Below, piece after piece: positions 35,026 through 44,859 of a stretch of DNA of 64,000 nucleotides. Source of the stretch: Anaerolineales bacterium (GTDB lineage: Bacteria > Chloroflexota > Anaerolineae > Anaerolineales > UBA11579); NCBI GenBank assembly GCA_035291465.1, contig DATDRZ010000085.1, forward strand, positions 20,927-84,926. Direction: 5' to 3'. The translations under genes were made by a program, and so were the position numbers. Under the pieces are notes generated by a model, which saw only the letters and a list, made by a program, of their open reading frames with translations, ran no database searches and had not been told where the DNA came from. Position 1 is the stretch's first letter; every line of letters begins with the position of its first letter.

Positions 35026-35172
35026 CTGCCTTTTGAAATATTGCACTTCGCGTTCGTGCTTTTTGGCCGCGGCACGCGTTTTGAAGGTACCCAAATTGCG
35101 GCGTTTGCCAGTCTTGGGATCTTTCTTCTTTGAATAAAGTCGGTATTTGCCGTTCTTCAATTTACGAATCAT
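35020..35172 (-). CDS. Small basic protein (50 aa), below the ORF-track length cutoff
   Basis: Hand translation: MIRKLKNGKYRLYSKKKDPKTGKRRNLGTFKTRAAAKKHEREVQYFKRQK. It runs from ATG 35172 to TAG 35020, with a terminator hairpin at the stop. It fills an otherwise empty gap. Confidence 0.5.
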   Translation of the reverse strand: MIRKLKNGKYRLYSKKKDPKTGKRRNLGTFKTRAAAKKHEREVQYFKRQK

Positions 35173-35263
35173 GGCCTGCTCAATCCCAGAGAACGAACAC
35201 GGCGGTAGGGGTCACAGGCAAACTAGTCTATATTGGGTACGAGCTACTAAAGCAGGCTCTTCC

Positions 35264-35683
35264 TCAAGAGTTCTCTTCCGCCGATTCCGCCTCTTTGCGT
35301 AGGTCGCCGTAGGCAGGCCGGTCTTCTTTTTGCAGCCGTTCCCAATCCTGGTCTCGATAGGCATTCAAAGTGAAGGCTATCTGCTCGTCGAAGGCGGCGG
35401 GGCTATACGAGAAGATTAAGGGATGCATCTCAACCTGCCAACCAGGCAGGTGCTCGCCATCCAGGAGGAGGTCGCGCTGCTTGATGTCCTCCACGAAGAA
35501 GATGGCCAAGCCGCCGGGATTTCCGATAAAGTGATCGTGGAACACGACCAGTGGAAGCGCCCAATCCCCCACGAATTCGTTGAAGATACGGTTGGCTTCG
35601 GCAGCCGGCATGCCCTCAGGCGCAAGCGCGTAGACCAGAAAGCAACGCGGATTTACTGTGCGATGAGTCTTTCTAACGCTCAT
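35264..35683 (-). CDS. Hypothetical protein
   Basis: 139-aa ORF with a non-repetitive composition. No motif recognised. Confidence 0.5.
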   Translation of the reverse strand: MSVRKTHRTVNPRCFLVYALAPEGMPAAEANRIFNEFVGDWALPLVVFHDHFIGNPGGLAIFFVEDIKQRDLLLDGEHLPGWQVEMHPLIFSYSPAAFDEQIAFTLNAYRDQDWERLQKEDRPAYGDLRKEAESAEENS

Positions 35684-35750
35684 GGCGTGATTATAGCTAA
35701 CGGGTTCTAGAAGGTGCGCATGATAAAATCGAAAATCGGTAGCAACATTA

Positions 35751-35822
35751 GCCCCTATAGCTCAGTGGATAGAGCACTGCCCTCCGGAGGCAGGGACCTG
35801 CGTTCGAGTCGCAGTAGGGGTA
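35751..35822 (+). tRNA. tRNA-Arg (anticodon CCG)
   Basis: Hand-folded cloverleaf. Acceptor GCCCCTA/TAGGGGT, D-arm GCTC-AGTGGATA-GAGC, anticodon arm CTGCC-CTCCGGA-GGCAG, T-arm CTGCG-TTCGAGT-CGCAG, discriminator A. No encoded CCA. Confidence 0.85.
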
Positions 35823-35830
35823 CAAAAAAA

Positions 35831-35851
35831 AGCGAGCAACGCTCGCTTTTT
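35831..35851 (+). terminator. Rho-independent terminator after tRNA-Arg
   Basis: AGCGAGC-AAC-GCTCGCT followed by TTTTT. Confidence 0.7.
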
Positions 35852-35973
35852 GCGAACAATGATAAAACTCCCTACCTGAAGCAAAGGACGAGAACTATAA
35901 TCGCCTGAAACTTGTCCCGAGGAGCTGCCTAGGCAGCGACGAGGGATCTGCAGACACTAATTGGAGGTGTAAC

Positions 35974-36975
35974 ATGGCACGCGTTGCGATTAATGGGTTG
36001 GGCCGCATTGGCCGGGCCGCCCTGAGGTTGATCCTGGAATCCAAGGAGCTCGAGTTGGTGGCGGTGAACGACATCGCCCCTGCCGATAACATTGCCTACC
36101 TGGTCAAGTACGACTCGGTCTATGGCCGATATGGGGAGGACGTTTACGCTAAGGACGGGGCCTTGCAGGTGGACAAAAAGAGCTTTAAATTCCTCAGCGA
36201 AAAGGATCCGGCGGCGCTCCCTTGGAAGGACCTCAAGGTCGATATTGTGATCGAAAGTACAGGGCGATTCACCGAAAAGCAAGACGCGGCCAAGCACCTT
36301 CAGGCTGGAGCCCAATACGTAATTATTTCTGCCCCCACCAAGAGCGAAGATGTTCCCACCGTGGTATTTGGCGTCAATGATTCCAAAAAAGAAGACTCCA
36401 TCATTTCGTGCGCAAGCTGCACCACCAATTCACTGACGCCCGTGGTTGAAGTAATCGGCCGCACCCTTGGCATCCAAAAGGCGATCATGACCACAGTGCA
36501 TGGGTATACCGCCGGCCAAAGCATCGTCGATGGGCCGAATAAGAATCTTCGTCGCGGTCGGGCAGGCGCTATAAACATCGTGCCCACCACAACTGGGGCA
36601 GCCGTTGCCACCACCAAAGCGCTGCCGCAGTATGCCGGCAAGTTCGACGGCGTGGCATTGCGGGTACCCGTGCCCGTCGGCTCGGTCTCTGATGTCGTTC
36701 TCCTAACGGAAAAGAGCACAACCAAAGAAGAAGTGAACGACATTCTGACTAAAGAATCCGGGACCTCGCGTTATAGAGACATCATCCGCGTCACCAATGA
36801 TCCCATCGTCTCCTCGGATATCATAGGTGATCCGCATGCCTGCATCATCGATCTGCAAATGACCAAGGTAGTGGACGGCAACCTGGTGAAGATCTTCGCC
36901 TGGTATGACAACGAGTGGGGATACACCAACCAAATGATTCGACAGGCAAAGGACATTGCTAAAAATATAAAGTAG
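35974..36975 (+). CDS. gap: Type I glyceraldehyde-3-phosphate dehydrogenase
   Basis: 333 aa with INGLGRIGR and catalytic SCTTNS. Confidence 0.95.
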   Translation: MARVAINGLGRIGRAALRLILESKELELVAVNDIAPADNIAYLVKYDSVYGRYGEDVYAKDGALQVDKKSFKFLSEKDPAALPWKDLKVDIVIESTGRFTEKQDAAKHLQAGAQYVIISAPTKSEDVPTVVFGVNDSKKEDSIISCASCTTNSLTPVVEVIGRTLGIQKAIMTTVHGYTAGQSIVDGPNKNLRRGRAGAINIVPTTTGAAVATTKALPQYAGKFDGVALRVPVPVGSVSDVVLLTEKSTTKEEVNDILTKESGTSRYRDIIRVTNDPIVSSDIIGDPHACIIDLQMTKVVDGNLVKIFAWYDNEWGYTNQMIRQAKDIAKNIK

Positions 36976-36993
36976 GTGGAAGAGGCTTCCATC

Positions 36994-37022
36994 AGAGGCC
37001 CGAATCATCGGGCCTCTTTTTG
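36994..37022 (+). terminator. Rho-independent terminator after gap
   Basis: AGAGGCCCGA-ATCA-TCGGGCCTCT followed by TTTTT. Confidence 0.8.
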
Positions 37023-37086
37023 TATGTCAATCCCGCCCAGCCGCTTGTGATAATATTTACAAACAAAGGCAATTCGCCCGAGCCAC

Positions 37087-37785
37087 ATGTCGCCGCGTGC
37101 ATTCCTGCAGATCGAAAACCTCTCCAAAACCTATACCGAGGGCGAGCAGCGCCATTTCGTATTGCGCGGGGCGGACCTCACTGTTGGACGTGGGGAGTTC
37201 ATCGCGTTACTAGGCGCCAGCGGCAGCGGCAAGAGTACTCTGCTGAATTTGCTGAGCGGCATCGATACCGCCGATGACGGCGCCATCTGGCTGGATGGCG
37301 AAAACCTGGTGACTATGAATGAAGCCCAGCGCACGCTGTTTCGCCGTAACTACATCGGCTTTGTCTTCCAATTCTTCAACCTGCTGCCTACGCTGACCAT
37401 CCTTGAAAATGCGTCGCTGCCACTGGAACTGGCTGGCGCAACGAGCGCTGCGGCCAAAGAAAAAGCGCGCAGCTTGCTGGATGCGGTGGGCTTGGCTGGT
37501 CGCGAGCAAAGCTACCCCGACCGGCTATCCGGCGGCGAGCAGCAGCGCGTGGCTATCGCCCGCGCCTTGGTGCACGATCCCTTGTTGGTGCTCGCCGATG
37601 AGCCAACCGGCAACCTGGACGAGGATACCGGTTCCCAGATCATGGATCTGCTGGTGCGGCTTACCCGCGAAGCTGGCAAGAACCTGATCATGGCAACCCA
37701 TAATCTCGACAACGTCCGTCGCGCCGATCACGTCTTCCACTTGCACGAAGGCAAGCTTGTCGAGGAAGCGGATGAGCGCGGATGA
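37087..37785 (+). CDS. ABC transporter ATP-binding protein (MacB/LolD/FtsE type)
   Basis: 232 aa with [17 protein letters not shown] and [12 protein letters not shown]. Confidence 0.9.
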   Translation: MSPRAFLQIENLSKTYTEGEQRHFVLRGADLTVGRGEFIALLGASGSGKSTLLNLLSGIDTADDGAIWLDGENLVTMNEAQRTLFRRNYIGFVFQFFNLLPTLTILENASLPLELAGATSAAAKEKARSLLDAVGLAGREQSYPDRLSGGEQQRVAIARALVHDPLLVLADEPTGNLDEDTGSQIMDLLVRLTREAGKNLIMATHNLDNVRRADHVFHLHEGKLVEEADERG

Positions 37786-40391
37786 ACGTAAACATCAGTG
37801 TCCATCCGCGTTCATCCGCGTCAAATTCATTCTTCGCTTTTCCAAACAGCCTGTTCAGATTCACCTGGCGTTATTTGCTCAGCCATCCATTGCAGAGCGC
37901 CTTGATGTTGCTGGGCATCAGCCTGGGAGTGGCCGTGGCAGTGAGCGTGGATATTGCCAACGCCAGCGCGGCGCGTGCCTTCGATCTCAGCGTGGAAGCT
38001 GTGGTTGGCCGCAGTACTCATTACATTGCGGGGGGGCCGAGCGGGTTGCCCGAGGAAACCTACGTCGAGCTCCGCCTGGCCGGTTTGGAAATCCCGATGG
38101 CGCCCATCCTCAGCCAACTGGCTGTCTCTCCCGATCTTGGCGACATTCCCTTACAGCTTCTGGGCGTCGACCCTTTCGCAGAACAGCCATTCCGCAGCTA
38201 TTTGTTCAGCGAAGAAACACAGGCCAGCCTTGACCAGATCGGGGCGTTTTACTCTGTGCCCGGCGCAATCTTAATCTCCGTCGATTTAGCGAGGCGATAT
38301 GGAGTCGCCACGGGGGACACCATTCAGCTCATTGTTAGCGGTCAAAGTCGGACCGGGTATATCGCCGGCCTGGTTGAGCCGCGCGACGCGCTCAGCCGTC
38401 GCGCGCTAGAGAATTTGATGCTAGCAGACATTTCTACAGTTCAAGAATTAAGCGGCCGGCTCGGGGTTCTTGAACGCATTGACCTGATCCTGCCTTCCGA
38501 AAAACCGGGCGAGGCCATCCAGCAGATCCAATCACTTCTCCCGGAGGGCGCGGAGATCCTTCCATCAGAAGGCCGTAGCCAGGCTGTCGAACAAATGACG
38601 TCAGCATTTCGCACCAACCTCACGGCACTCAGCCTTCTCGGTCTTACTGTTGGGCTCTTTCTTATCTATAACACGATGACCTTTTCCGTAGTACAGCGTC
38701 GGCAAGTCTTTGGTACTTTACGTGCTTTGGGAGTCAGCGGCCGCGAAATCTTCATTCTAGTCCTCGGCGAAGCGCTTCTGGTGGGCCTGCTCGGCTCGCT
38801 GCTGGGCATTTTGTTCGGTATCGCGCTTGGTCGCGGCGCGGTGGATCAGGTTTCGCAGACGATCAACGACGTGTTCTTTACCCTGACGGTGCGCGAGGTA
38901 AGCCTGCCCACATCCAGTTTGATCAAAGGCGGCCTGCTTGGCCTGGCTGCCACATTTTTCGCGGCGCTGTTGCCCGCCTGGGAAGCAGCTAAATCGCCGC
39001 CCAGGCGTATTTTGTCGCGTTCGCAACTTGAGTTGATATCCGCGAAGATCCTGGCGCGAGCGGCTTTCTTCGGCGCACTGATGGCGGTGGCTTCAGGAGT
39101 ACTCCTGGCCACGGTTGAACTCAGCCTGGGCGCTAGTTTTGCTTGCATATTCGGCGTCACAATAGGGCTGGCCCTGACAACGCCCTGGCTAACCCAGCGG
39201 TTGATGCCAACGGCCTCCCGTCTGCTTGCGTTCATCGGACCGCTGGGGCGACTTGGGCCACGCGAGGTTTCGGGATCTGCAAGTCGAACCTCGTCCGCGA
39301 TGGCGGCGCTTATGGTGGCGGTGGCTGTCACCATCGGCGCCAGCCTCATGGTCGGCAGCTTCCGTGCTTCGGTAATCAATTGGCTGGATCAAATTCTCAG
39401 CAATGACATCTATGGCTCAGTTGCAGGCGCTTCGCTTTCGGAGCCGGCTATTCCAATTGACGCGGAAATCCTGGCGCAAGTGAGTTCATGGCCGGGTGTG
39501 GAAGCAGTCCATCTGTTGCGGAACGTGGAGGTGGATTCGCCTTATGGGCCGGTCACGGTGAGCGCCAACGACAACCCGAATGATGGCAACGAACAGGTCT
39601 ATGTCGCTATACAGGGCTCGGGAAGCGAAGTCTGGGTTGAAGTTCAAGCCGGGGCGGTGTTGATCTCAGAGCCTTTGGCCAATCGGCTGGGTTTGTGGAT
39701 GGGTGATCAGATCACGCTATTCACCGGACGGGGCGAGCGCAGTTTCCCAATCGTGGCCGTGTTCAGAGATTACAGCTCCAGCCGTGGCAATGTGACCATG
39801 TGGCTGGAGAATTACCGAGATCTATGGAATGATGACGCCGTAACTGCGTTTTCAGCCCGAGTCGAAGTGGGAAAAAATGTGGATGCCATTGTGGCCGAAA
39901 TGCAAAAGGAGTTGAACCGGATTCAGTTCGTCAACATCCGTTCTAACCAAGGATTGCGCATCGAAACGCTGGAAATCTTCGACAGAACCTTCCTAATCAC
40001 ACGCGCCCTACAACTGATCACCACTGCCGTCGCTTTCGTAGGTGTATTGAGTGCGATGCTGGCTTTGCAATTGGAAAAACAGCGCCAAATGGGAATTCTG
40101 AAAGCCATTGGCCTCAGTGTGCGCCAACTCTGGGTTCTTACACTCCTGGAAACCGGGTTGATCGGCGCCGTGGCTGGAATCTTTGCGTTGCCTACAGGTT
40201 ATATAATCGCGCAAATACTTCTGCAAATAATAAACAAGCGTTCTTTTGGTTGGACATTGCAGCTGCAACTCGAAGCGGCGCCATTCATCCAGGCGTTCCT
40301 TATCGCAGTAAGCGCGGCTTTATTGGCCGGGTTGTATCCAGCATTCCGCGCCAGCCGCCGGTCCGCGGCAGATACCATCAGGTTTGATTGA
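37782..40391 (+). CDS. FtsX-family ABC permease with duplicated 4-TM modules (YbbP/MacB-like)
   Basis: 869 aa. It overlaps the ATPase gene by 4 nt and has two FtsX-like TM bundles separated by a large extracytoplasmic region. Confidence 0.8.
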   Translation: MNVNISVHPRSSASNSFFAFPNSLFRFTWRYLLSHPLQSALMLLGISLGVAVAVSVDIANASAARAFDLSVEAVVGRSTHYIAGGPSGLPEETYVELRLAGLEIPMAPILSQLAVSPDLGDIPLQLLGVDPFAEQPFRSYLFSEETQASLDQIGAFYSVPGAILISVDLARRYGVATGDTIQLIVSGQSRTGYIAGLVEPRDALSRRALENLMLADISTVQELSGRLGVLERIDLILPSEKPGEAIQQIQSLLPEGAEILPSEGRSQAVEQMTSAFRTNLTALSLLGLTVGLFLIYNTMTFSVVQRRQVFGTLRALGVSGREIFILVLGEALLVGLLGSLLGILFGIALGRGAVDQVSQTINDVFFTLTVREVSLPTSSLIKGGLLGLAATFFAALLPAWEAAKSPPRRILSRSQLELISAKILARAAFFGALMAVASGVLLATVELSLGASFACIFGVTIGLALTTPWLTQRLMPTASRLLAFIGPLGRLGPREVSGSASRTSSAMAALMVAVAVTIGASLMVGSFRASVINWLDQILSNDIYGSVAGASLSEPAIPIDAEILAQVSSWPGVEAVHLLRNVEVDSPYGPVTVSANDNPNDGNEQVYVAIQGSGSEVWVEVQAGAVLISEPLANRLGLWMGDQITLFTGRGERSFPIVAVFRDYSSSRGNVTMWLENYRDLWNDDAVTAFSARVEVGKNVDAIVAEMQKELNRIQFVNIRSNQGLRIETLEIFDRTFLITRALQLITTAVAFVGVLSAMLALQLEKQRQMGILKAIGLSVRQLWVLTLLETGLIGAVAGIFALPTGYIIAQILLQIINKRSFGWTLQLQLEAAPFIQAFLIAVSAALLAGLYPAFRASRRSAADTIRFD

Positions 40392-40393
40392 AA

Positions 40394-41548
40394 ATGCGGC
40401 GCGTTTTAGTCATCCTAATTGTTATCGGCATTGGCTTATTAGCCGTGGTATTCCTTGCGCGCCGCGAGGAAAAGGCCAGCAATCTTTCGGCGCAAGTGAT
40501 TTCGACATCTATTCCCATTGAAGGCTTTGCGCGCGCGGATGGCACGCACTCGCTGAGTTTCCCTGCGGACTTCGGACCCCATCATGATTACCAGACAGAG
40601 TGGTGGTATTACACGGGCAACCTGGACACTGCGGAAGGCCGCCACTTTGGTTACGAACTCACCTTTTTCCGCGTGGCCATGCAACCCCCGGACCAGGCCG
40701 CCTTGCGCGCAAGTGAGTGGGCCGCGGACCAGATCTATATGGCTCATTTCGCCATAACCGATGTTGAAGGAGGCGAATTCCATGCTTTCCAACGTTTCGC
40801 GCGGGGCGCCATTGATCTCGCCGGCGCCGAGGTGCAGCCCTACCGCGTTTGGCTGGAAGATTGGAACGTCGAGCAGACCGGAAGCAATAGTTATCTGCTC
40901 ACTGCATCCAACGAGGGTTTGTGGATTACGCTTAATCTAATCGATGAAAAGGGCCCTGTGCTTCAAGGGGAAGCAGGCTACAGTCGCAAAGGATCTGATC
41001 CCAGCAGCGCATCTTATTATTACAGCCAGTCTCGGTTGTTGACACTGGGCGAGATTGGGATCGGCGACGAAATCTTTGCGGTCACCGGGTTAAGCTGGAA
41101 GGATCACGAATTCAGCACTAATGTGTTGGAACCAAACCAGATTGGTTGGGACTGGTTCTCTATCCAGCTTGATGACAATTATGAGATCATGCTCTATCAA
41201 ATTCGCCATGAAGACGGCTCCATTGATCCGTTTTCGAGCGGCGCCTTGATCATGCCTGACGGCACCACGCAACCATTAGCCTCGGGAGATTATGAGATCG
41301 AGACTCACGATACTTGGCGCAGTCCATATTCAGATGCGGTCTACCCGATGGGATGGACCATCCGAATCATCGGTGCAGGGCTCGAATTGGATTTGGCCCC
41401 TTATCTATTGGACCAGGAGCTCAATCTATCAACCATCTATTGGGAAGGCGCGGTTCGGGTGACAGGTCAGCACAATGGGAACCCGGTCGGCGGTGTTGGC
41501 TATGTTGAAATGACCGGATATGCGGAGCCTTTGAGCCCCGGCTTATAA
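40394..41548 (+). CDS. AttH/CrtC-like (lipocalin-like, carotenoid 1,2-hydratase family) secreted or anchored protein
   Basis: The ATG lies 2 nt after the permease stop, and there is an N-terminal TM/signal segment. HHDYQTEWWYYTGNL and FGYELTFFR resemble the CrtC/AttH family. The ATPase-permease-AttH gene order matches the att-type ABC loci I recall. Confidence 0.6.
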   Translation: MRRVLVILIVIGIGLLAVVFLARREEKASNLSAQVISTSIPIEGFARADGTHSLSFPADFGPHHDYQTEWWYYTGNLDTAEGRHFGYELTFFRVAMQPPDQAALRASEWAADQIYMAHFAITDVEGGEFHAFQRFARGAIDLAGAEVQPYRVWLEDWNVEQTGSNSYLLTASNEGLWITLNLIDEKGPVLQGEAGYSRKGSDPSSASYYYSQSRLLTLGEIGIGDEIFAVTGLSWKDHEFSTNVLEPNQIGWDWFSIQLDDNYEIMLYQIRHEDGSIDPFSSGALIMPDGTTQPLASGDYEIETHDTWRSPYSDAVYPMGWTIRIIGAGLELDLAPYLLDQELNLSTIYWEGAVRVTGQHNGNPVGGVGYVEMTGYAEPLSPGL

Positions 41549-41590
41549 GTGATAAAATCCACAAATAAATCTAGCGAAGGAGAGATTCGC

Positions 41591-41944
41591 ATGAAGCTTA
41601 GCAGAACCAATTTGACCCTTGGATTGCTGGCCATCCTGGCCAGCATCCTAGTTGCTTGTGGGACTCCCACACTGAAAGTAACCCTGATTGCCAGTGATAT
41701 CGAGTGGAACATCACTACGATCAATGCCAAAGTCGGCCAGCCTATCGAGATCACGGTGACCAATGCAGGCGCCCTGGATCATGACTTGGTCATCGAGGAA
41801 CTAGGTGTGGACATCTTGTTGTCGCCAGGCGACACCGAAGTGATCACCGTTACACCTGACCACGCTGGAACCTTTGCCTACATCTGCAGCATCCCCGGGC
41901 ACGAAGAGGCCGGGATGGTCGGGGAAATCGTAGTTGCCCAGTAG
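41591..41944 (+). CDS. Cupredoxin (plastocyanin/amicyanin-like type-1 copper) lipoprotein
   Basis: The ATG at 41591 is preceded by GAAGGAGAG. Lipobox LVACG. Cu ligand pattern H...C-x-x-P-G-H-x4-M (CSIPGHEEAGM). Confidence 0.75.
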   Translation: MKLSRTNLTLGLLAILASILVACGTPTLKVTLIASDIEWNITTINAKVGQPIEITVTNAGALDHDLVIEELGVDILLSPGDTEVITVTPDHAGTFAYICSIPGHEEAGMVGEIVVAQ

Positions 41945-41950
41945 CGAGCT

Positions 41951-41982
41951 AAAGAGCCGGTGGAAGCCGGCTCTTTATTTTT
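41951..41982 (+). terminator. Rho-independent terminator after the cupredoxin gene
   Basis: AAAGAGCCGG-TGGAAG-CCGGCTCTTT followed by ATTTTT. Confidence 0.8.
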
Positions 41983-42063
41983 CGGGTAACTGTAGGTTAA
42001 TCGCAGGTAAGCACGAAATCTGTTTTGATTTCGTATCGGGTAAAATCCCGCCCGGAATCAGAC

Positions 42064-42801
42064 ATGCGCTATAAACCTCCTTATACATTGTTGAAGACGC
42101 GCCGAGCGCGCGTTGGTGGCGGCGGTGGCATCCGCCGCGGCAACATCCTGCTGTATGGCCTGGGCGCCGTATCGCTCTTGCTCACGGCCGGCGGATTGCT
42201 GGTGACCACGAACTGGGTGCGAGCTGGTGGCCCGGGTGCGCTGTTCCCGAGCGACACGCCCACTCCAACGATGACCTTCACGCCTAGCAATACCCCCACC
42301 ATAACCGAAACCCCGACCCTGACTCCCATCCCGTCCACGCCAACAGCATCTGCTCCTTTTGAGTACATAGTCCAATCCGGAGACACGATCACCGCCCTGG
42401 CGGCACGCTTTGGCTTAGACCCGACACTAGGACCTATCATCATCATGCTGCTCAATGGACTGGATAACGACTCGGTCTTGACCGTGGGACAGGTGCTGAT
42501 CATCCCAGATCCCAACATGGAAGTACCAACGCCAACGCTGCTTCCGGATGACCTAGCGGATTTTGGCCGAGGGCACGAAATCCTCTATTTCGTTATGCCC
42601 GGAGACACCGTAGCAGCGATTGCCGAGCGCTTCTTCAGCACCGAAGATGCCATTATTGAGGCCAATGATCTGGAAAATCCCAATTCGATCTTTGCGGGCC
42701 AATTGTTGATCGTGCCTGTGAAATTGGTCACGCCAACACCTGGCCCATCGCCGACACCACTCGGCACACCGCCGCCCAACACATTGACCCCAACACCGTA
42801 A
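42064..42801 (+). CDS. LysM-domain protein with membrane anchor and Pro/Thr-rich linkers
   Basis: The ATG at 42064 is preferred. There is one TM segment, PT-rich linkers and two LysM-like units (YIVQSGDTITALAARFG...; YFVMPGDTVAAIAERF...GQLLIVP). Confidence 0.75.
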   Translation: MRYKPPYTLLKTRRARVGGGGGIRRGNILLYGLGAVSLLLTAGGLLVTTNWVRAGGPGALFPSDTPTPTMTFTPSNTPTITETPTLTPIPSTPTASAPFEYIVQSGDTITALAARFGLDPTLGPIIIMLLNGLDNDSVLTVGQVLIIPDPNMEVPTPTLLPDDLADFGRGHEILYFVMPGDTVAAIAERFFSTEDAIIEANDLENPNSIFAGQLLIVPVKLVTPTPGPSPTPLGTPPPNTLTPTP

Positions 42802-42805
42802 AATG

Positions 42806-42840
42806 AAAAAATCGCCTGGCAGGGGCCAGGCGATTTTTTT
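42806..42840. terminator. Bidirectional terminator between the LysM gene and rnj
   Basis: AAAAAATCGCCTGGC-AGGG-GCCAGGCGATTTTTTT. A/T-runs on both sides extend the stem. Confidence 0.85.
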
Positions 42841-44488
42841 AGTCCTCATTAACCACTACGAAGATCATCGGCCTTCGCTTGGTCGAGTCATAGAAGAAGG
42901 TGCGCAGCATCTGCTCCATATCCTGCTGTAAATTGCCGTTAGCCTGAGATACCACTTTTTCTATATGGCGCCTTGTCTCGGCCAGCAACTGCTCGGAATC
43001 GCGTAGGTACACAAAACCCCGCGTGATGATCTCCGGCTCGCGCAGCAACTTGCCACTGCTTGAATCCAGGCGCAGGTTCACGAAGATAAAACCATCGCGG
43101 GCTAACGCTTCGCGCTCGCGCATCACCGAGGGGCCGATGTCGCCCACGCCGGAGCCGTCCACGAAGACATAGCCGCCGGGGACGCGTTCGGCCAGGTGCA
43201 TCTTGCCCGCGCGGAATTCGATCGCCTGGCCATTCTCCACCACGGCGATGTGATCGGGCGGCAACCCAACCTGTTCCGCCAGCTTGGAATGCTGGTGAAG
43301 GTGGCGCATCTCGCCGTGCACCGGAATCAGGTACTTGGGGCGGATGAGATTGAGCATGAACTTCATCTCTTCCTGGCCGGCGTGACCCGAGACGTGCACC
43401 GGGCTGATGGGATCATAGACTACTTCTGCGCCGCGCTTGAACAAGCGGTTGATGGTTCGGAACACACTCTCTTCGTTGCCGGGAATTGGGTGCGACGAAA
43501 GCACCACAGTGTCACCAGGGATCAAATCAAATTGGCGATTCGTGCCCGTAGCTAAACGCCCCACAATCGATGAAGGCTCACCTTGAGAACCCGTGCACAT
43601 CAGCACAAGGGTCTCCGGCTTCATCTTAAGGGCTTCTTCGATAGGAACCAATAAATCATTGGGCAAGTCCAAATAACCAAGCTGTTTAGCCATTTTTGCG
43701 TTCTCGCGCATGCTGGTACCAACAAAGGCCATCTTGCGTCCGTGGCGCAGAGCGGCTTCCCCCACCTGATGGATGCGTGAGATCAACGAAGCAAACGTGG
43801 CCACCAATATTCGGCCTTTTGCGTCACGGAAGACTCTGTCAAACGCAGGATCGATTAACCGCTCGGATGGCGTCCAGCCAGGTTTATCCGCGTTGGTTGA
43901 GTCGGCCAGCATGGCTAAAACGCCGCGACCGGCGAACTCTGCCAACTTGGCGTAGTCGGTCGGCCAGCTATCCACGGGAGTGTGGTCAAGTTTGTAATCG
44001 CCGGTGTGGACAATGAGGCCTGCGGGTGTGGTGATGCCTAACGCCACGCAGTCCGGGATGGAATGGCATACATGGCAGAACTCGACTTGAAAGGGTCCGA
44101 TCTGTACGGTGTCGCCTGCCTTCACCGTCTGCAACTTGGCTTTATCCAACAGGCTACCACGGGCAAGCTTGACTTCCAGCAAACCGCGGGTCAGCGGGGT
44201 CGCGTAGATAGGTGCGTTGATTTCCTGCAATACGTGATGGATGGCACCGGTATGATCCTCGTGACCGTGAGTGATCACAATGCCTTTCACTTGGTCACGT
44301 TTATCCATCAGATACTGGAAATCGGGGATGATGTAATCGATCCCCAGCATGTCATTTTCGGGGAACATGATGCCCGTATCGACGATCAGGATCTCTCCCC
44401 CGAATTCGAACACGGTCATATTCTTGCCGATTTCGCCCAGCCCCCCTAACGGGACGATACGTAAAACCTTACTGCTTTTTTTACTCAT
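42839..44488 (-). CDS. rnj: Ribonuclease J
   Basis: 549 aa with a metallo-beta-lactamase HGHEDHTG motif, and beta-CASP and C-terminal domain length typical of RNase J. Confidence 0.9.
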   Translation of the reverse strand: MSKKSSKVLRIVPLGGLGEIGKNMTVFEFGGEILIVDTGIMFPENDMLGIDYIIPDFQYLMDKRDQVKGIVITHGHEDHTGAIHHVLQEINAPIYATPLTRGLLEVKLARGSLLDKAKLQTVKAGDTVQIGPFQVEFCHVCHSIPDCVALGITTPAGLIVHTGDYKLDHTPVDSWPTDYAKLAEFAGRGVLAMLADSTNADKPGWTPSERLIDPAFDRVFRDAKGRILVATFASLISRIHQVGEAALRHGRKMAFVGTSMRENAKMAKQLGYLDLPNDLLVPIEEALKMKPETLVLMCTGSQGEPSSIVGRLATGTNRQFDLIPGDTVVLSSHPIPGNEESVFRTINRLFKRGAEVVYDPISPVHVSGHAGQEEMKFMLNLIRPKYLIPVHGEMRHLHQHSKLAEQVGLPPDHIAVVENGQAIEFRAGKMHLAERVPGGYVFVDGSGVGDIGPSVMREREALARDGFIFVNLRLDSSSGKLLREPEIITRGFVYLRDSEQLLAETRRHIEKVVSQANGNLQQDMEQMLRTFFYDSTKRRPMIFVVVNED

Positions 44489-44718
44489 TTAAGACTATTC
44501 TCCTTGCCGGAGTGGGAACCCCGGCAATATTTAATTTGCAGATGGGAAATCTTCAGCCGACAAAAAAAAGACCCCGGCAGGTGGCTCCGGCCAGGGTACT
44601 CATCTGTATCAAGGTCTAGTGCCCAAACAATTATCAGATCAGTCAAACCAGGCCGATTATCAGGCCAAGAATATCAAACCAAAAGCTGCAAAAGTATAGC
44701 ATGACCTAGCTTCAGCGT

Positions 44719-44748
44719 CAAAAAAGAAGCCCTGCATCGCAGGGCTTC
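44719..44748 (-). terminator. Rho-independent terminator of the groES-groEL operon
   Basis: GAAGCCCTGC-GAT-GCAGGGCTTC on the minus strand, followed by TTTTTTG. Confidence 0.8.
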
Positions 44749-44751
44749 TGT

Positions 44752-44842
44752 GCGAAAGGCGCAACGCGCTATGGTTTAAGAATGATGCCTTGCGCCTTTC
44801 GCTTTAGGAGTTTCTGGTGGGCCTCACCCACCACGAAACTCC
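44752..44842 (-). repeat. Two long stem-loops between the groEL stop and its terminator
   Basis: GCGAAAGGCGCAA (44752-44764) pairs with TTGCGCCTTTCGC (44790-44802), a 13-bp stem. GGAGTTTCTGGTGGG-CCTCA-CCCACCACGAAACTCC (44807-44842) has one bulge. Confidence 0.55.
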
Positions 44843-44859
44843 AGGTTTTGGCACTTTGT

